This document shows positions 43,501-52,814 of a stretch of 64,000 nucleotides of DNA, piece after piece. A model generated the notes under the pieces. It saw only the letters and a list, made by a program, of their open reading frames with translations. It did not search any database and was not told the DNA's origin. A program made the position numbers and the translations under genes. Origin of the DNA: an uncultured Candidatus Poseidoniales archaeon. Its GTDB lineage: Archaea; Thermoplasmatota; Poseidoniia; Poseidoniales; Poseidoniaceae. The stretch is taken from assembly GCA_905182715.1 (NCBI GenBank), contig CAJJCP010000028.1, positions 12,592 to 76,591 on the forward strand. Reading direction: 5' to 3'. Each line of letters opens with the position of its first letter. Position 1 is the stretch's first letter.

Positions 43501-46500
43501 TTGCAGCAAATCCCGTTGCAGGTACTTCCTTCAATGTCACTGGTCGCGTAGTCAGTGATAATGGAAGTGGACTTGAACAACGTGATGGAAGCGTTTTGCC
43601 TTCGAACATTTTGTTCAGCCTTAATGGTCTACCAACAGGGTTCTCAGTCACAGGTGGTTCAGTTACCACTGGCGGTATATGGTCAGCCAACATCCTTCTT
43701 GGAGAAGGCTTTGAGGCTGGAAACAATTCTCTCGAGGCATCCTTTATTCCAAACGTCAACTATTACATTGGTTCGACGGTTAACACCTCGTTTGATAGTC
43801 GAGGGTTTACTTCACTGATCTTCGTTCAACCTTCACTTGATGGCATTGGTTTGCCGTCTTTGAATGACCGTACAGAACGTGGCAACGATGTCCAAATTCA
43901 GGTGCTCTTGCGCGACAATACACAGTCCGCAGTAGCAGCGCAACAGGTCATTGTGACGCTTATCGGTACAGATGTAAGTATCATCCTCACGACCTTTGAA
44001 AACGGAACTGGAGTTGGTATACTTACTGTCCCAAGTAACCAAACGATTGGTTTTAATGATCTTGAAGTGACTTTTGCAGGAACTCCAGGAACAACTGGTT
44101 TGATAGGCTCAAATGCCTCTACTCAATTCGTAGTTCTTGCTCAGACCAATTTGGTGATTTCATCCTCGCCTTCGACGCTTGTTGCAGGTGACTCATTCAT
44201 CGTTCAAGGAATATTGCTGGATGACCTCAACCAAACCCTTGCAATCAATGGCAACTCATCACTTGCAATTGTCCACCTTCTTGTCGATGGAATCCCAGTT
44301 TCGAGTATTGAAACAGATGCATTGACTGGAAACTTTTCCATTGGATGGACATTGCCAGAGGATACCTCTGCAGGTTCACACTTGATTGAAGTTCGTTTCC
44401 TTGGTGGACGTGACTGGGTTGACCCTGTAGGAGTCGGTGACCCTGCGAACCCAGATTTCTATCTTCCAAGCAGTGCTCAAATCAATTTTAACGTAAGTGT
44501 CCCTACGAAAATTATTCTTTTGACACCAACCGGCACAGTGGATCGAGAAGCAACAATGACCCTTGAAGGCCGTTTGCTTGATTTGGTAGATGTACCTTTG
44601 ACGAACCTTACTGTTGAAGTCTGGCTTGATGGACAATGGATGACCAATGTGACGACCGATGATACTGGACTCTTTACAGCCGTTTACCCAGTACCTGCCG
44701 ATGCCAAACTTGGTCCGCTTTCGCTTGAAATACGTTTTACTGGTACAACATTCTATCTGCCGAGTAACGCAACTGGAACCTGGACAATATACAGTCCTAC
44801 ACTGGTCACGGTTTCGATGGAAAGCCCTGTTGCAGTCGGTCAGAACACGACCATTACCGGTACTGTTGTCGATAACCAACTGATTGGGGTTTCTGGCCAT
44901 ACAGTTCAACTTGAAGTCGAAGGTCTCATCATAGCGACCATTGTTACAGATTCTGAAGGCCAATTCACCTTTACTTGGAATGTTCCTGATACCTTTAGTT
45001 TCGGCGACCATCTCCTGTTTGCAAATGTCGATGCTCAAGGTTACTACCGCTCGAACACGGGTAATACTTCCTTTTTCTTAGCCCACCGTTCCGATGTGAC
45101 GCTTATCTTTGATGAAGGCAAAGATGTAACTCGGGGTAATTTCTGGGCACTTTCGGGTCGTTTGTTTGACATCGACACGGTCAACAACGACGGCTTGAGT
45201 GGAATGGAAATCAGCCTTCGCTTAGATGATGTCGAGATTGCAACCTTGGTTACAGAATCGGATGGTAGCTGGTCAACACTTGTTCCTGCGACATCCGATT
45301 TAACTCGTGGTAACCATATTTTCACCATCTTCTTTGAAGGAACTGAAGCCCATCTTGGAACCGAAGCAACCGGTACTGCTACTGTATGGGCCAATGCAAA
45401 AATCACTATTGATGCAACCTCTGCCAATATTGTGGTACGTTCCGATTCCACCTTTGCACCGATTATACTGACTGGTTCAGTCTCTGAAATCGGCGGACTT
45501 GGTGAAGTGTTTGACAATGTCACACTGTATCTTGGTAACGGCTCACAATGTTTGGCTCAAAAAGACGGTGCACGTTGCTTAGAAAACCTCCTCATTGATT
45601 GGTCGAATGGAAACTTCTCTCTCACGACGACTGCACCTTCTTTCCTTAGTGCTGGAGCGCAATACCTGCATCTTGAAACACCTCGACAAGACGTACATTA
45701 CCTCAACTCGGCAAGTGTGAGTCACTTGATATTCGTCAAGATCAATGCGGATATCCTCGTTTCACTCGATGATGTCATCGAAGATAAACAAGAAGACATC
45801 GGTGGAAGCATTCTCATCACTGCACAAGACACTCAACAGGGCGTTGATGGGATTACAGTGACAATCTATCTCTATACCGAGAATGGGACGCAACTTTCCA
45901 CTCCACTGCAACCTCTTACCGATGCAGATGGTGTTGCAGAGTTTGATTTCAATTCAGACCCTCCTTTTGGCGATACAGATTCTTGGGGCGAATTATACTT
46001 GGAGATTCTTATCAATGACCCTCGTCTCTCAGAACAAACACTCTCTGATTTTGCTTTGCAGTCTGGTGAAGAATTTGCTCCTTCGTATGAATACCAAGAA
46101 GCAGCAACTGAAGTTCCTACATGGGTATACATCCTCACACTTCTCATCTTAGGGTTGGCAGGTGCAGGCACCGTACTTTACCGTCGCCGTAAGTCTTCGG
46201 AATTGATGGAAGAAGCCGCTGAAATCTTTGCCTATACTGCTGAGTTGTTGGCTGCGGGTGATTCCATCCGTGAATCGATCTTCACCTGTTATCAGAGTCT
46301 CTGTGCCACTTTCCAAGAACATGGATTCCTACGCCGTGATTTCGAAACAGTTCGTGAATTCGAGATGGCTATTCGTCAAGCAATGCCTCAAATCTCTGAT
46401 GAAGCGTTACTAGCTCTTGACAACATGTTTGAGCAAGCACGTTACAGTCGTGAGGAAATGGGACAGCAGCATCAAGAAGCAGCTCAACTTGCTTTGGAAC

Positions 46501-46547
46501 GAATGGGTCAAGAAATCTCAACACTGAAAGCGATTCCTGCACGTTGA
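37552..46547 (+). CDS. Giant (about 3000 aa) surface protein: Ca-binding DxDGDG repeats, transglutaminase-like domain, Ig-like repeats, TM, DUF4129-like tail (two +1 frameshifts near 40505 and 42050)
   Basis: Three consecutive ORFs, each offset +1; DxDGDGLxDGWE repeats; EGSCSEFNTAFVTMARLAGLPARMVTGF bridging ORF1 and ORF2; GWIAFD; C-terminal ETVREF..FEQARYS. Confidence 0.8.
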
Positions 46548-46553
46548 AGGAAA

Positions 46554-47054
46554 TCACCAGCGAAGGTGAAGTCGACCATTGAGGAAATGGGCACTGATTT
46601 CACTCGCTTCAGCCGGTAATGGGAGAATGCGTAGCAGGTCGTCATGGCCAGCTTCTTTTACGATAATGCGTAATTGGCGTTGAGTTTCATCTTGGAGAGT
46701 AGAAACTTCGATGTCGGAATTGTTTGCTCCATGCAGTGGTATCATGAGCCCATCCGGGTTCACAGTTCCGTGCAATTGGTCAACCATCCAAGCCAAACGT
46801 CGCTCAGGTTCGATTTCAGCGAGATGGGTTTCTGGAATCATTCCTGATGCAGTGAGGACGCGTTGATGGTTCATTTGGACTTCAGATAAATGTCCGGCTT
46901 GAATATGGAATTCCGCATGGAGTTGTTGAGGTTCTGCTTCAAGTCCCAATGTCTTTCTATCCATCGTTTTTTCAGTGACTTCATCGGAACTTTCTGTTTC
47001 CAAGTGAACTGTTTCCCATGTCGACATGGTGTATCGGTTGTGTGCGGCCTCCAT
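46554..47054 (-). CDS. Hypothetical protein with C-terminal HSP20/alpha-crystallin-like segment (start uncertain)
   Basis: Ends LRILPLPAEASEISAHFLNGRLHLRW, similar to the LP..A.Y.NG.L.I motif. Confidence 0.5.
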   Translation of the reverse strand: MEAAHNRYTMSTWETVHLETESSDEVTEKTMDRKTLGLEAEPQQLHAEFHIQAGHLSEVQMNHQRVLTASGMIPETHLAEIEPERRLAWMVDQLHGTVNPDGLMIPLHGANNSDIEVSTLQDETQRQLRIIVKEAGHDDLLRILPLPAEASEISAHFLNGRLHLRW

Positions 47055-47085
47055 GAACCTTCGTCCTCCAACATTTGTATTCCGT

Positions 47086-49191
47086 TCACACTTCTTCAAT
47101 GGTGTGGACTTTTGAAAAGAAGCGACGAGCAAAGCTCGCGGTCGTTTGTGGGTCATTGGTGGAATTCATTCTCAAATCGCTTGGATAACAACTGATGTAG
47201 TTTCGGTCGGTATGTCGCTGATCGAGAAGGAGAATCAATGCTCGGTCACCAACCGAACGTATTGGGCGCCCCATTGCTTGTAAAATCGCATTAATTGCAG
47301 GTTGTGTTACGGTATAACGCCAAGCGTTATTTTTCCCAAACCGGTCTCCCGCATAGGCTTTGAGTGAATCTGAGAGGACGGACGGAGGTGGATTCGGAAT
47401 CCCTATACAAGCTACAGCGTCTAAGATGCCTCCATTGTAGTCGATTCCCTCTGACAGCCGTGCTCCATGAACCCCACACAGCAAGATACGTTGACCAGAT
47501 TCTTTCTCGCTACGGAGCGTTTCAACAATTGAATCTATGTCGTTTTTTGTCCAGTCTCTACTTTCCACAACTTTTCGAATACCTTTGAAGTTGGTTTCGG
47601 AAAGGATCTCTTCCATCATTCGGTATGAAGGTGAAAAAACCGCAATATGTCCGGGGGTTCCATCGATGAGTGCTTGGATATGGTTTCGAATCTTTGCCCA
47701 CATCATCGGTGTTCGCTGACTGTACTTGGTGGTGACATCACCTGCAACTAAAACGGGTCGGCGTTCTCCAGCAAATGGGGATGTATACGCTGTTTTGGTA
47801 GTTTTTCCAGCAGGGAGGTCAAGCATATCCGCATACATTTGAGGGGGATACAATGTTCCCGACATCAATATGGCTCCATGTATGGATGAAAATACAGGGC
47901 CAGACACAAGTCCGGGGTCCAAGAGATGTGAAGTGATTGTCCCATCCTTGCCTTTTTTTGAACTGAATACCAGGCTCAAGGCGGTTGTTTCTCCAAATGT
48001 CTCGATGCATTTTAGAATATGTCCCATTCGATGAGAATCCGGTTCCATTGCATCTTCATCATCTCCTGCTTCCAAATCAATTTCAACTCGGAGGAGAAGG
48101 TCGGAAAGACGGGGTAACCTATGACTTCGTTCTACAGACAAGTCTGCCAAGTCCGGATTGTCAGTCAATGTCTTTTGACCAGTCAATCCTTCATATTCGT
48201 CGCATGAACGGTGAAGAATCTCTAAGAATCTGGACACCTCAACACGTGATTCATTGGAGTCATTCGGTAGATCCGAGTGGAGTTGCCGGAACAAATCAGC
48301 AATTTTTGTTCGAGCAATTTTCATAATTTCAAATGCCCATGTGGCTACATCGAGTTCCAATGCACTTGATACTGAATTCGATTTGAGGTAATGTGCAGTG
48401 AGTGTACCCACATATTCTTCCAATTCCATCGTTGCGTTTCGAGACATGAGGGGCGTGATGATTTTCTCCATCGTCATTCGAATCCTATTTGGTAGGTTGT
48501 GCGCTTCATCGACAACAACAATAATGTCTTCAAGAGCGACTCCCATGGCTTCTAAACTTGATTTGCGAACACCTTCATCAAAGATGTGATTGTAATCTCC
48601 TACGAATATATCCGCATGGCCTGCTGCTTCTCTCGCAGCCTTCCAAGGGCAGGTTTGGGTAATTTCTCCTCCAACTCGGTGAATTTTAGTTAAATCGACT
48701 AATTCATCAACGTGGAGTGGACTGTCAAGAATTCTCTTTGTTAATCCCGGAGCACTGGTAATCCACGGGCGGCACGATTTTGTCTTTCGAGCAGTACTGC
48801 ACATCATGGAGAAAACAAGTGAGGATTCCTTTGCAAAGGGCTGAACACACATTCCCGATTGACCAATCATATCGACCAATGTGATTGGGTCTTTGCCAAC
48901 ACGAATTTGATTTATTCTGCGAACCGTGTCAACAACGATTCGATGTTGGCTCTGGCGAGATGTAAGGAAGAATACATGTTTCTTGTTTGGAGAATTCTGG
49001 GTGATCTCAAGAGCAGCCGCTAATGCAGCAGCCGTCTTTCCGATACCAGTCGGTGCAGCCGCTAAATGATAACCGCCGCTTCGAAGAGCTTCTGTAGACT
49101 CTTGAATCATCTCGATTTGACCGGGGCGGGGCTTTTCATGAGCCAAATAGGAAAACACATGTTCCTTTCCTTGACTCCCCTCCACTGTCAT
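47086..49191 (-). CDS. XPD/Rad3/DinG-family Fe-S DNA helicase
   Basis: RPGQ Q-motif, APTGIGKT, Cys cluster (CVQP, MC, SC, CPW), DEAH, SGTL, EGID, QAMGRPIR. Confidence 0.92.
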   Translation of the reverse strand: MTVEGSQGKEHVFSYLAHEKPRPGQIEMIQESTEALRSGGYHLAAAPTGIGKTAAALAAALEITQNSPNKKHVFFLTSRQSQHRIVVDTVRRINQIRVGKDPITLVDMIGQSGMCVQPFAKESSLVFSMMCSTARKTKSCRPWITSAPGLTKRILDSPLHVDELVDLTKIHRVGGEITQTCPWKAAREAAGHADIFVGDYNHIFDEGVRKSSLEAMGVALEDIIVVVDEAHNLPNRIRMTMEKIITPLMSRNATMELEEYVGTLTAHYLKSNSVSSALELDVATWAFEIMKIARTKIADLFRQLHSDLPNDSNESRVEVSRFLEILHRSCDEYEGLTGQKTLTDNPDLADLSVERSHRLPRLSDLLLRVEIDLEAGDDEDAMEPDSHRMGHILKCIETFGETTALSLVFSSKKGKDGTITSHLLDPGLVSGPVFSSIHGAILMSGTLYPPQMYADMLDLPAGKTTKTAYTSPFAGERRPVLVAGDVTTKYSQRTPMMWAKIRNHIQALIDGTPGHIAVFSPSYRMMEEILSETNFKGIRKVVESRDWTKNDIDSIVETLRSEKESGQRILLCGVHGARLSEGIDYNGGILDAVACIGIPNPPPSVLSDSLKAYAGDRFGKNNAWRYTVTQPAINAILQAMGRPIRSVGDRALILLLDQRHTDRNYISCYPSDLRMNSTNDPQTTASFARRFFSKVHTIEEV

Positions 49192-49268
49192 AATGATGGT
49201 TCAGCGTCGACCCCTCTAAAGGATTGGGGGGAATTAAGTTTGCAGCGGTAGCACTGTTGTGAATAATT

Positions 49269-49500
49269 GTGCCCAGGTATGTGGGGGTCCTGAGCACGTG
49301 GGAACCATCCAACTTAGGAAGCTGGATTGGAATTGGAGTCCCCCCGCCCGTCTTTCGAGGGGAGGTCTGTTGGGTTTTGTTCTAGTCCAGCGCGTGCAAG
49401 ACGGGCACGCAGACGCAAAGCGGCAAATCCGTACGGACTGGACAAGTCCCGTTCGGCGTTGAAGGTGGCATCGCGAGTCTCGCTAACATCGTTTTGCCAA
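49269..49500 (-). ncRNA. Candidate structured RNA (multi-hairpin, loop-loop pseudoknot) overlapping a 63-aa ORF
   Basis: At least 5 stems; mismatches resolve as G-U on the minus strand; 9-nt perfect complement between two loops; 60% GC over 49321-49480. Confidence 0.45.
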
Positions 49501-49505
49501 TTCAT
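49314..49505 (-). CDS. Possible small hypothetical protein (63 aa)
   Basis: GGAGGGG RBS-like sequence upstream of the ATG, directly after the RHH gene; no recognisable motif. Confidence 0.35.
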   Translation of the reverse strand: MNWQNDVSETRDATFNAERDLSSPYGFAALRLRARLARAGLEQNPTDLPSKDGRGDSNSNPAS

Positions 49506-49533
49506 TTTCCATCCCCTCCTGCACTCTCACCCA

Positions 49534-49910
49534 CTATTCGTGGTATTCTTCGCGTCGTATCGTCGAACTCTTGGCTTGAACCAAGAGGTCATCGAGTTGT
49601 TGTGTTAATTCAGAACGAGACTTGATAGCCTGTTCTATGTAGAGTGAAAGCCCTTCTTGGGCAGCTGTTTCTGGTGTTGTGCCTTGGAGTTCGTAGAGTT
49701 GACCAAGAAGCATCTTGTCGCCATGTCCGAGAGGGATCCGGACCGAGTCCATCCCGGTGAGCATGGGTTGACCCTTGAGGATATTGTTGGATGGCTGCTC
49801 GGATTACATCCGAGCGGTTTCGGGCACCTTCAAGTCCAACGCGTGCATCGAGTCGATGCAAGTTCTTCCTCAGTAATTCTGAGTGAAACAAGGTTGCTTG
49901 GGGTTGTCAT
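49534..49910 (-). CDS. Ribbon-helix-helix (CopG/MetJ-like) regulator (two +1 frameshifts)
   Basis: Reassembled as MTTPSNLVSLRITEEEL|HRLDARVGLEGARNRSDVIRAAIQQY|..GQPMLTGMDSVRIPLG..; classic RHH beta-alpha-alpha pattern. Confidence 0.75.
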
Positions 49911-50159
49911 TTTGAGTCCTCCGTATCCATTGGGTAGGTGAGAGGGTATATCAAGGTAGCGCGAATGATGACATTTTGACTTACAGACTGATTACAATTG
50001 CCTTTGCAGTTCAGTGCCGCGTCTGATTCGTTTTGGGCGTGAACACTACCGTTCTCCCAGGTATTGGTCTCGATTTTCTGTATACGGTGGTGGGATTGTG
50101 GTCGCTTCGCCTTGAGTTGGAAGTAGAACCTTCTAATACGGGAAACTTTAGCAGACTTC

Positions 50160-50606
50160 ATGGCTCTTGAACCATCCCGAGGACTCTATCTTTACCTGCG
50201 AACGCTCACCAGTGCCATGGACGATTCGATCATCACTGATGATGAAGCAAGCATTTTGCATGTTCTTGCTCTTGCACTTGGCGTTCATCCAAGTGATACT
50301 GCTTTTTGCCTTGCAGTTGTCCGCGGAGAAGAAACCAATCCCTTCGACGGAACTGAATTTGATTACTCTGGACACCATACTGGGGATGTGACCATTTACC
50401 AATCAGCTCTTATTGCAGCTTTGGATGATGAAGTCATCTCAGAAGATGAATGGTCTATGCTCACAACACTTCGAAACTTTATCGGTATTCAAGAAGATCA
50501 GCACACTATGATTGAAGAAGCAATTCAAGCCATGGCAGATATTGATTCCAATGGTGTTCGCCGACTTGAACGATTAAAGCGATTCAATACAGTGTGTCCA
50601 TATTGA
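50160..50606 (+). CDS. TerB-like protein with internal duplication
   Basis: Two copies of A.DD..I..DE...L (AMDDSIITDDEASIL; ALDDEVISEDEWSML). Confidence 0.65.
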   Translation: MALEPSRGLYLYLRTLTSAMDDSIITDDEASILHVLALALGVHPSDTAFCLAVVRGEETNPFDGTEFDYSGHHTGDVTIYQSALIAALDDEVISEDEWSMLTTLRNFIGIQEDQHTMIEEAIQAMADIDSNGVRRLERLKRFNTVCPY

Positions 50607-50718
50607 ATTGCAAATATAATTCTTGTCTCAAACCAGTGCTATGAAGAGTACTTTCCATGGTAATACTTAGAAAGGGTCTTTCTTTGGCACGGCTAACACA
50701 TACGTGAATGGTGCTATT

Positions 50719-52074
50719 ATGAGTGTAACAAAAGAAATCTATGAGTCAGTGGTCGCCCGAGATCCGAACCAACCTGAATTCCATCAGGCTGTTTGGGAAG
50801 TTTTAGAATCATTGGAACCAGTTATCGAAGCTCATCCGGAATACCGTTCAATCGTTGAACGAGTTGTTGAACCTGAGCGCCTTATTCATTTCAGAGTCCC
50901 TTGGGTTGATGATGCAGGAGTTGTCCAAGTAAACCGAGGATACCGTATTCAATTCAATGGTGCTATTGGACCTTACAAAGGTGGACTTCGTTTTCACCCA
51001 ACCGTCAATGCTTCAATCTTGAAGTTCCTCGCCTTTGAGCAAATTTTCAAGAATTCTTTGACAGGTCTTCCAATGGGTGGCGGAAAAGGTGGCGCAGATT
51101 TCAATCCAAAGGGGAAGTCGGATGGAGAAGTCATGCGCTTCTGCCAATCGTTCATGATGGAACTTTGGCGACACATCGGACATAACTGTGACGTTCCTGC
51201 CGGCGATATCGGCGTTGGTGGACGTGAAATCGGTTACATGTTTGGAATGTATAAGAAACTCCGAAATGAATTCCAAGCAGGCGTCTTAACTGGAAAAGGT
51301 CGCTCATATGGCGGTTCATTGATTCGCCCAGAAGCAACTGGATACGGTTTAGTCTACTTTGCTCGTGAAATGCTTGCCACGAAAGGCAAGTCATTCGAAG
51401 GTGCTACAGTCTCTCTTTCAGGTTCAGGCAATGTTGCTCAATTCGCCTGTGAAAAAGTTCTCGACCTTGGTGGAATACCATTGACCATGTCTGATTCAAG
51501 TGGATTCATTCATGATTCAGAAGGAATTGACCGAGAGAAGTTGGCTTGGATCATGGATCTGAAGAACAACCGTCGTGGACGAATTTCTGAATATACTTCT
51601 AAATTTACCAGTGCTACATTTACCGCATCTGCACCAGAACCATCTTCAAATGCTCTTTGGGGCGTCAATGTGGATGTTGCACTTCCATGTGCAACTCAGA
51701 ACGAAGTAAACGGTGCAGAAGCACAAATGCTTGTTGATAACAATGTGATTGCTGTGGCAGAAGGTGCCAACATGCCGTGCACACCTGAAGCAGTTGAGGT
51801 GTTCCAAAAGAGCGGTGTTATGTTTGCTCCAGGCAAAGCAAGTAATGCCGGTGGCGTTGCTACCTCTGGTCTTGAAATGTCACAAAACTCACTTCGATAT
51901 GGCTGGACTCGTGAAGAAGTCGATGCAAAACTCGACAACATTATGGTCAATATTCACAAGAACGCTGCTGAAACAGCCGAAAAGTATGGCCGCCCTGGCG
52001 ACTATGTTTTTGGAGCGAACGTTGCAGGTTTCTTGAAAATCGCTGAAGCTATGATGGCTCATGGTGTCGTTTGA
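50719..52074 (+). CDS. gdhA: NADP-specific glutamate dehydrogenase
   Basis: EFHQAV, GPYKGGLRFHP, GGGKGG, DVPAGDIGVG, RPEATGYG, GSGNVA, EGANMP. Confidence 0.96.
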   Translation: MSVTKEIYESVVARDPNQPEFHQAVWEVLESLEPVIEAHPEYRSIVERVVEPERLIHFRVPWVDDAGVVQVNRGYRIQFNGAIGPYKGGLRFHPTVNASILKFLAFEQIFKNSLTGLPMGGGKGGADFNPKGKSDGEVMRFCQSFMMELWRHIGHNCDVPAGDIGVGGREIGYMFGMYKKLRNEFQAGVLTGKGRSYGGSLIRPEATGYGLVYFAREMLATKGKSFEGATVSLSGSGNVAQFACEKVLDLGGIPLTMSDSSGFIHDSEGIDREKLAWIMDLKNNRRGRISEYTSKFTSATFTASAPEPSSNALWGVNVDVALPCATQNEVNGAEAQMLVDNNVIAVAEGANMPCTPEAVEVFQKSGVMFAPGKASNAGGVATSGLEMSQNSLRYGWTREEVDAKLDNIMVNIHKNAAETAEKYGRPGDYVFGANVAGFLKIAEAMMAHGVV

Positions 52075-52086
52075 GAAGGTGATGAG

Positions 52087-52308
52087 ATGGTTCTTCTCGT
52101 AACGAACCAAAGCGGTAAGGAACGAAAAGTACGTGCCATCGTTGGTATTGTTCTCATTATTCTCGCAGTGAGTCTAAACCTTGCTTCCATGATCACAGTT
52201 GGACTTTTGGCTGCTGCAGGTGCTCTTTTGTTCAATGCCATTTCTGGTAATTGCTTCATTTATCGAGTGCTGGGCTACAGTACATGCCCAATTTCTGATT
52301 CATACTAA
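52087..52308 (+). CDS. DUF2892/YgaP-like small membrane protein
   Basis: N....ER..R...G, two TM helices, C..Y..LG.STC motif. Confidence 0.8.
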   Translation: MVLLVTNQSGKERKVRAIVGIVLIILAVSLNLASMITVGLLAAAGALLFNAISGNCFIYRVLGYSTCPISDSY

Positions 52309-52766
52309 TCAAGTTCTTTTGGACGTAGTATGTGCTGGCAATGCCATTGCCCATTCTGTTCAATAAGAAGGGCGCATGCAGCAGCCGGCATTCGATGGAA
52401 CTGCTTTGTGATTTCATACAAGACCAATTCCGTTGCAGGGTTGTGGCTGAGAACCAATACAGTTTCACCTTTTTTTGCAGATTCAATACAAGCATGAATC
52501 GTTGCAGTGGTCGGATGATAGAGTTCTTCCATCGTTTGTACAGGAAGTTCTCCAAATTCAGTTTGTAGTAACGCTAGAGTTTCGAGTGTACGTTGTGAAT
52601 CACTGACGAACACTCGGTCGGGAATCCAATCCATCTCCTTCAAAGCCGCAGCGATTCGAGGTGCATCGCTTCTCCCCCTTTTGTTGAGGGGCCTTTGATG
52701 GTCAGTCAGTGCTTTATTCTTCCAACTGCTTTTGGCATGACGCATGATGAGAACTCTGCGAGACAT
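52305..52766 (-). CDS. sixA: SixA-like histidine phosphatase
   Basis: MRHAKS, D.QRPLNKRG, RTLET, SHNP. Confidence 0.85.
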   Translation of the reverse strand: MSRRVLIMRHAKSSWKNKALTDHQRPLNKRGRSDAPRIAAALKEMDWIPDRVFVSDSQRTLETLALLQTEFGELPVQTMEELYHPTTATIHACIESAKKGETVLVLSHNPATELVLYEITKQFHRMPAAACALLIEQNGQWHCQHILRPKELD

Positions 52767-52814
52767 AACCATGCTTCCTTGGTAAATGGGGTCAATGACT
52801 TTTTTGCACTTCAT

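Noticed and set aside
34329..46547. Genomic island or provirus integrated at tRNA-Leu
   Set aside because: No integrase or viral genes, no convincing duplicated tRNA 3' end downstream, and composition looks like the rest of the window
49269..49500. RNase P RNA or SRP RNA
   Set aside because: Lacks the GAGGAAAGUCC-type P4 motifs and the SRP helix-8 CAGG-GNRA-AGCA motif on either strand
49907..50161. 84-aa minus-strand ORF
   Set aside because: No motif or RBS, and its start overlaps the start of the divergent TerB-like gene; not supportable
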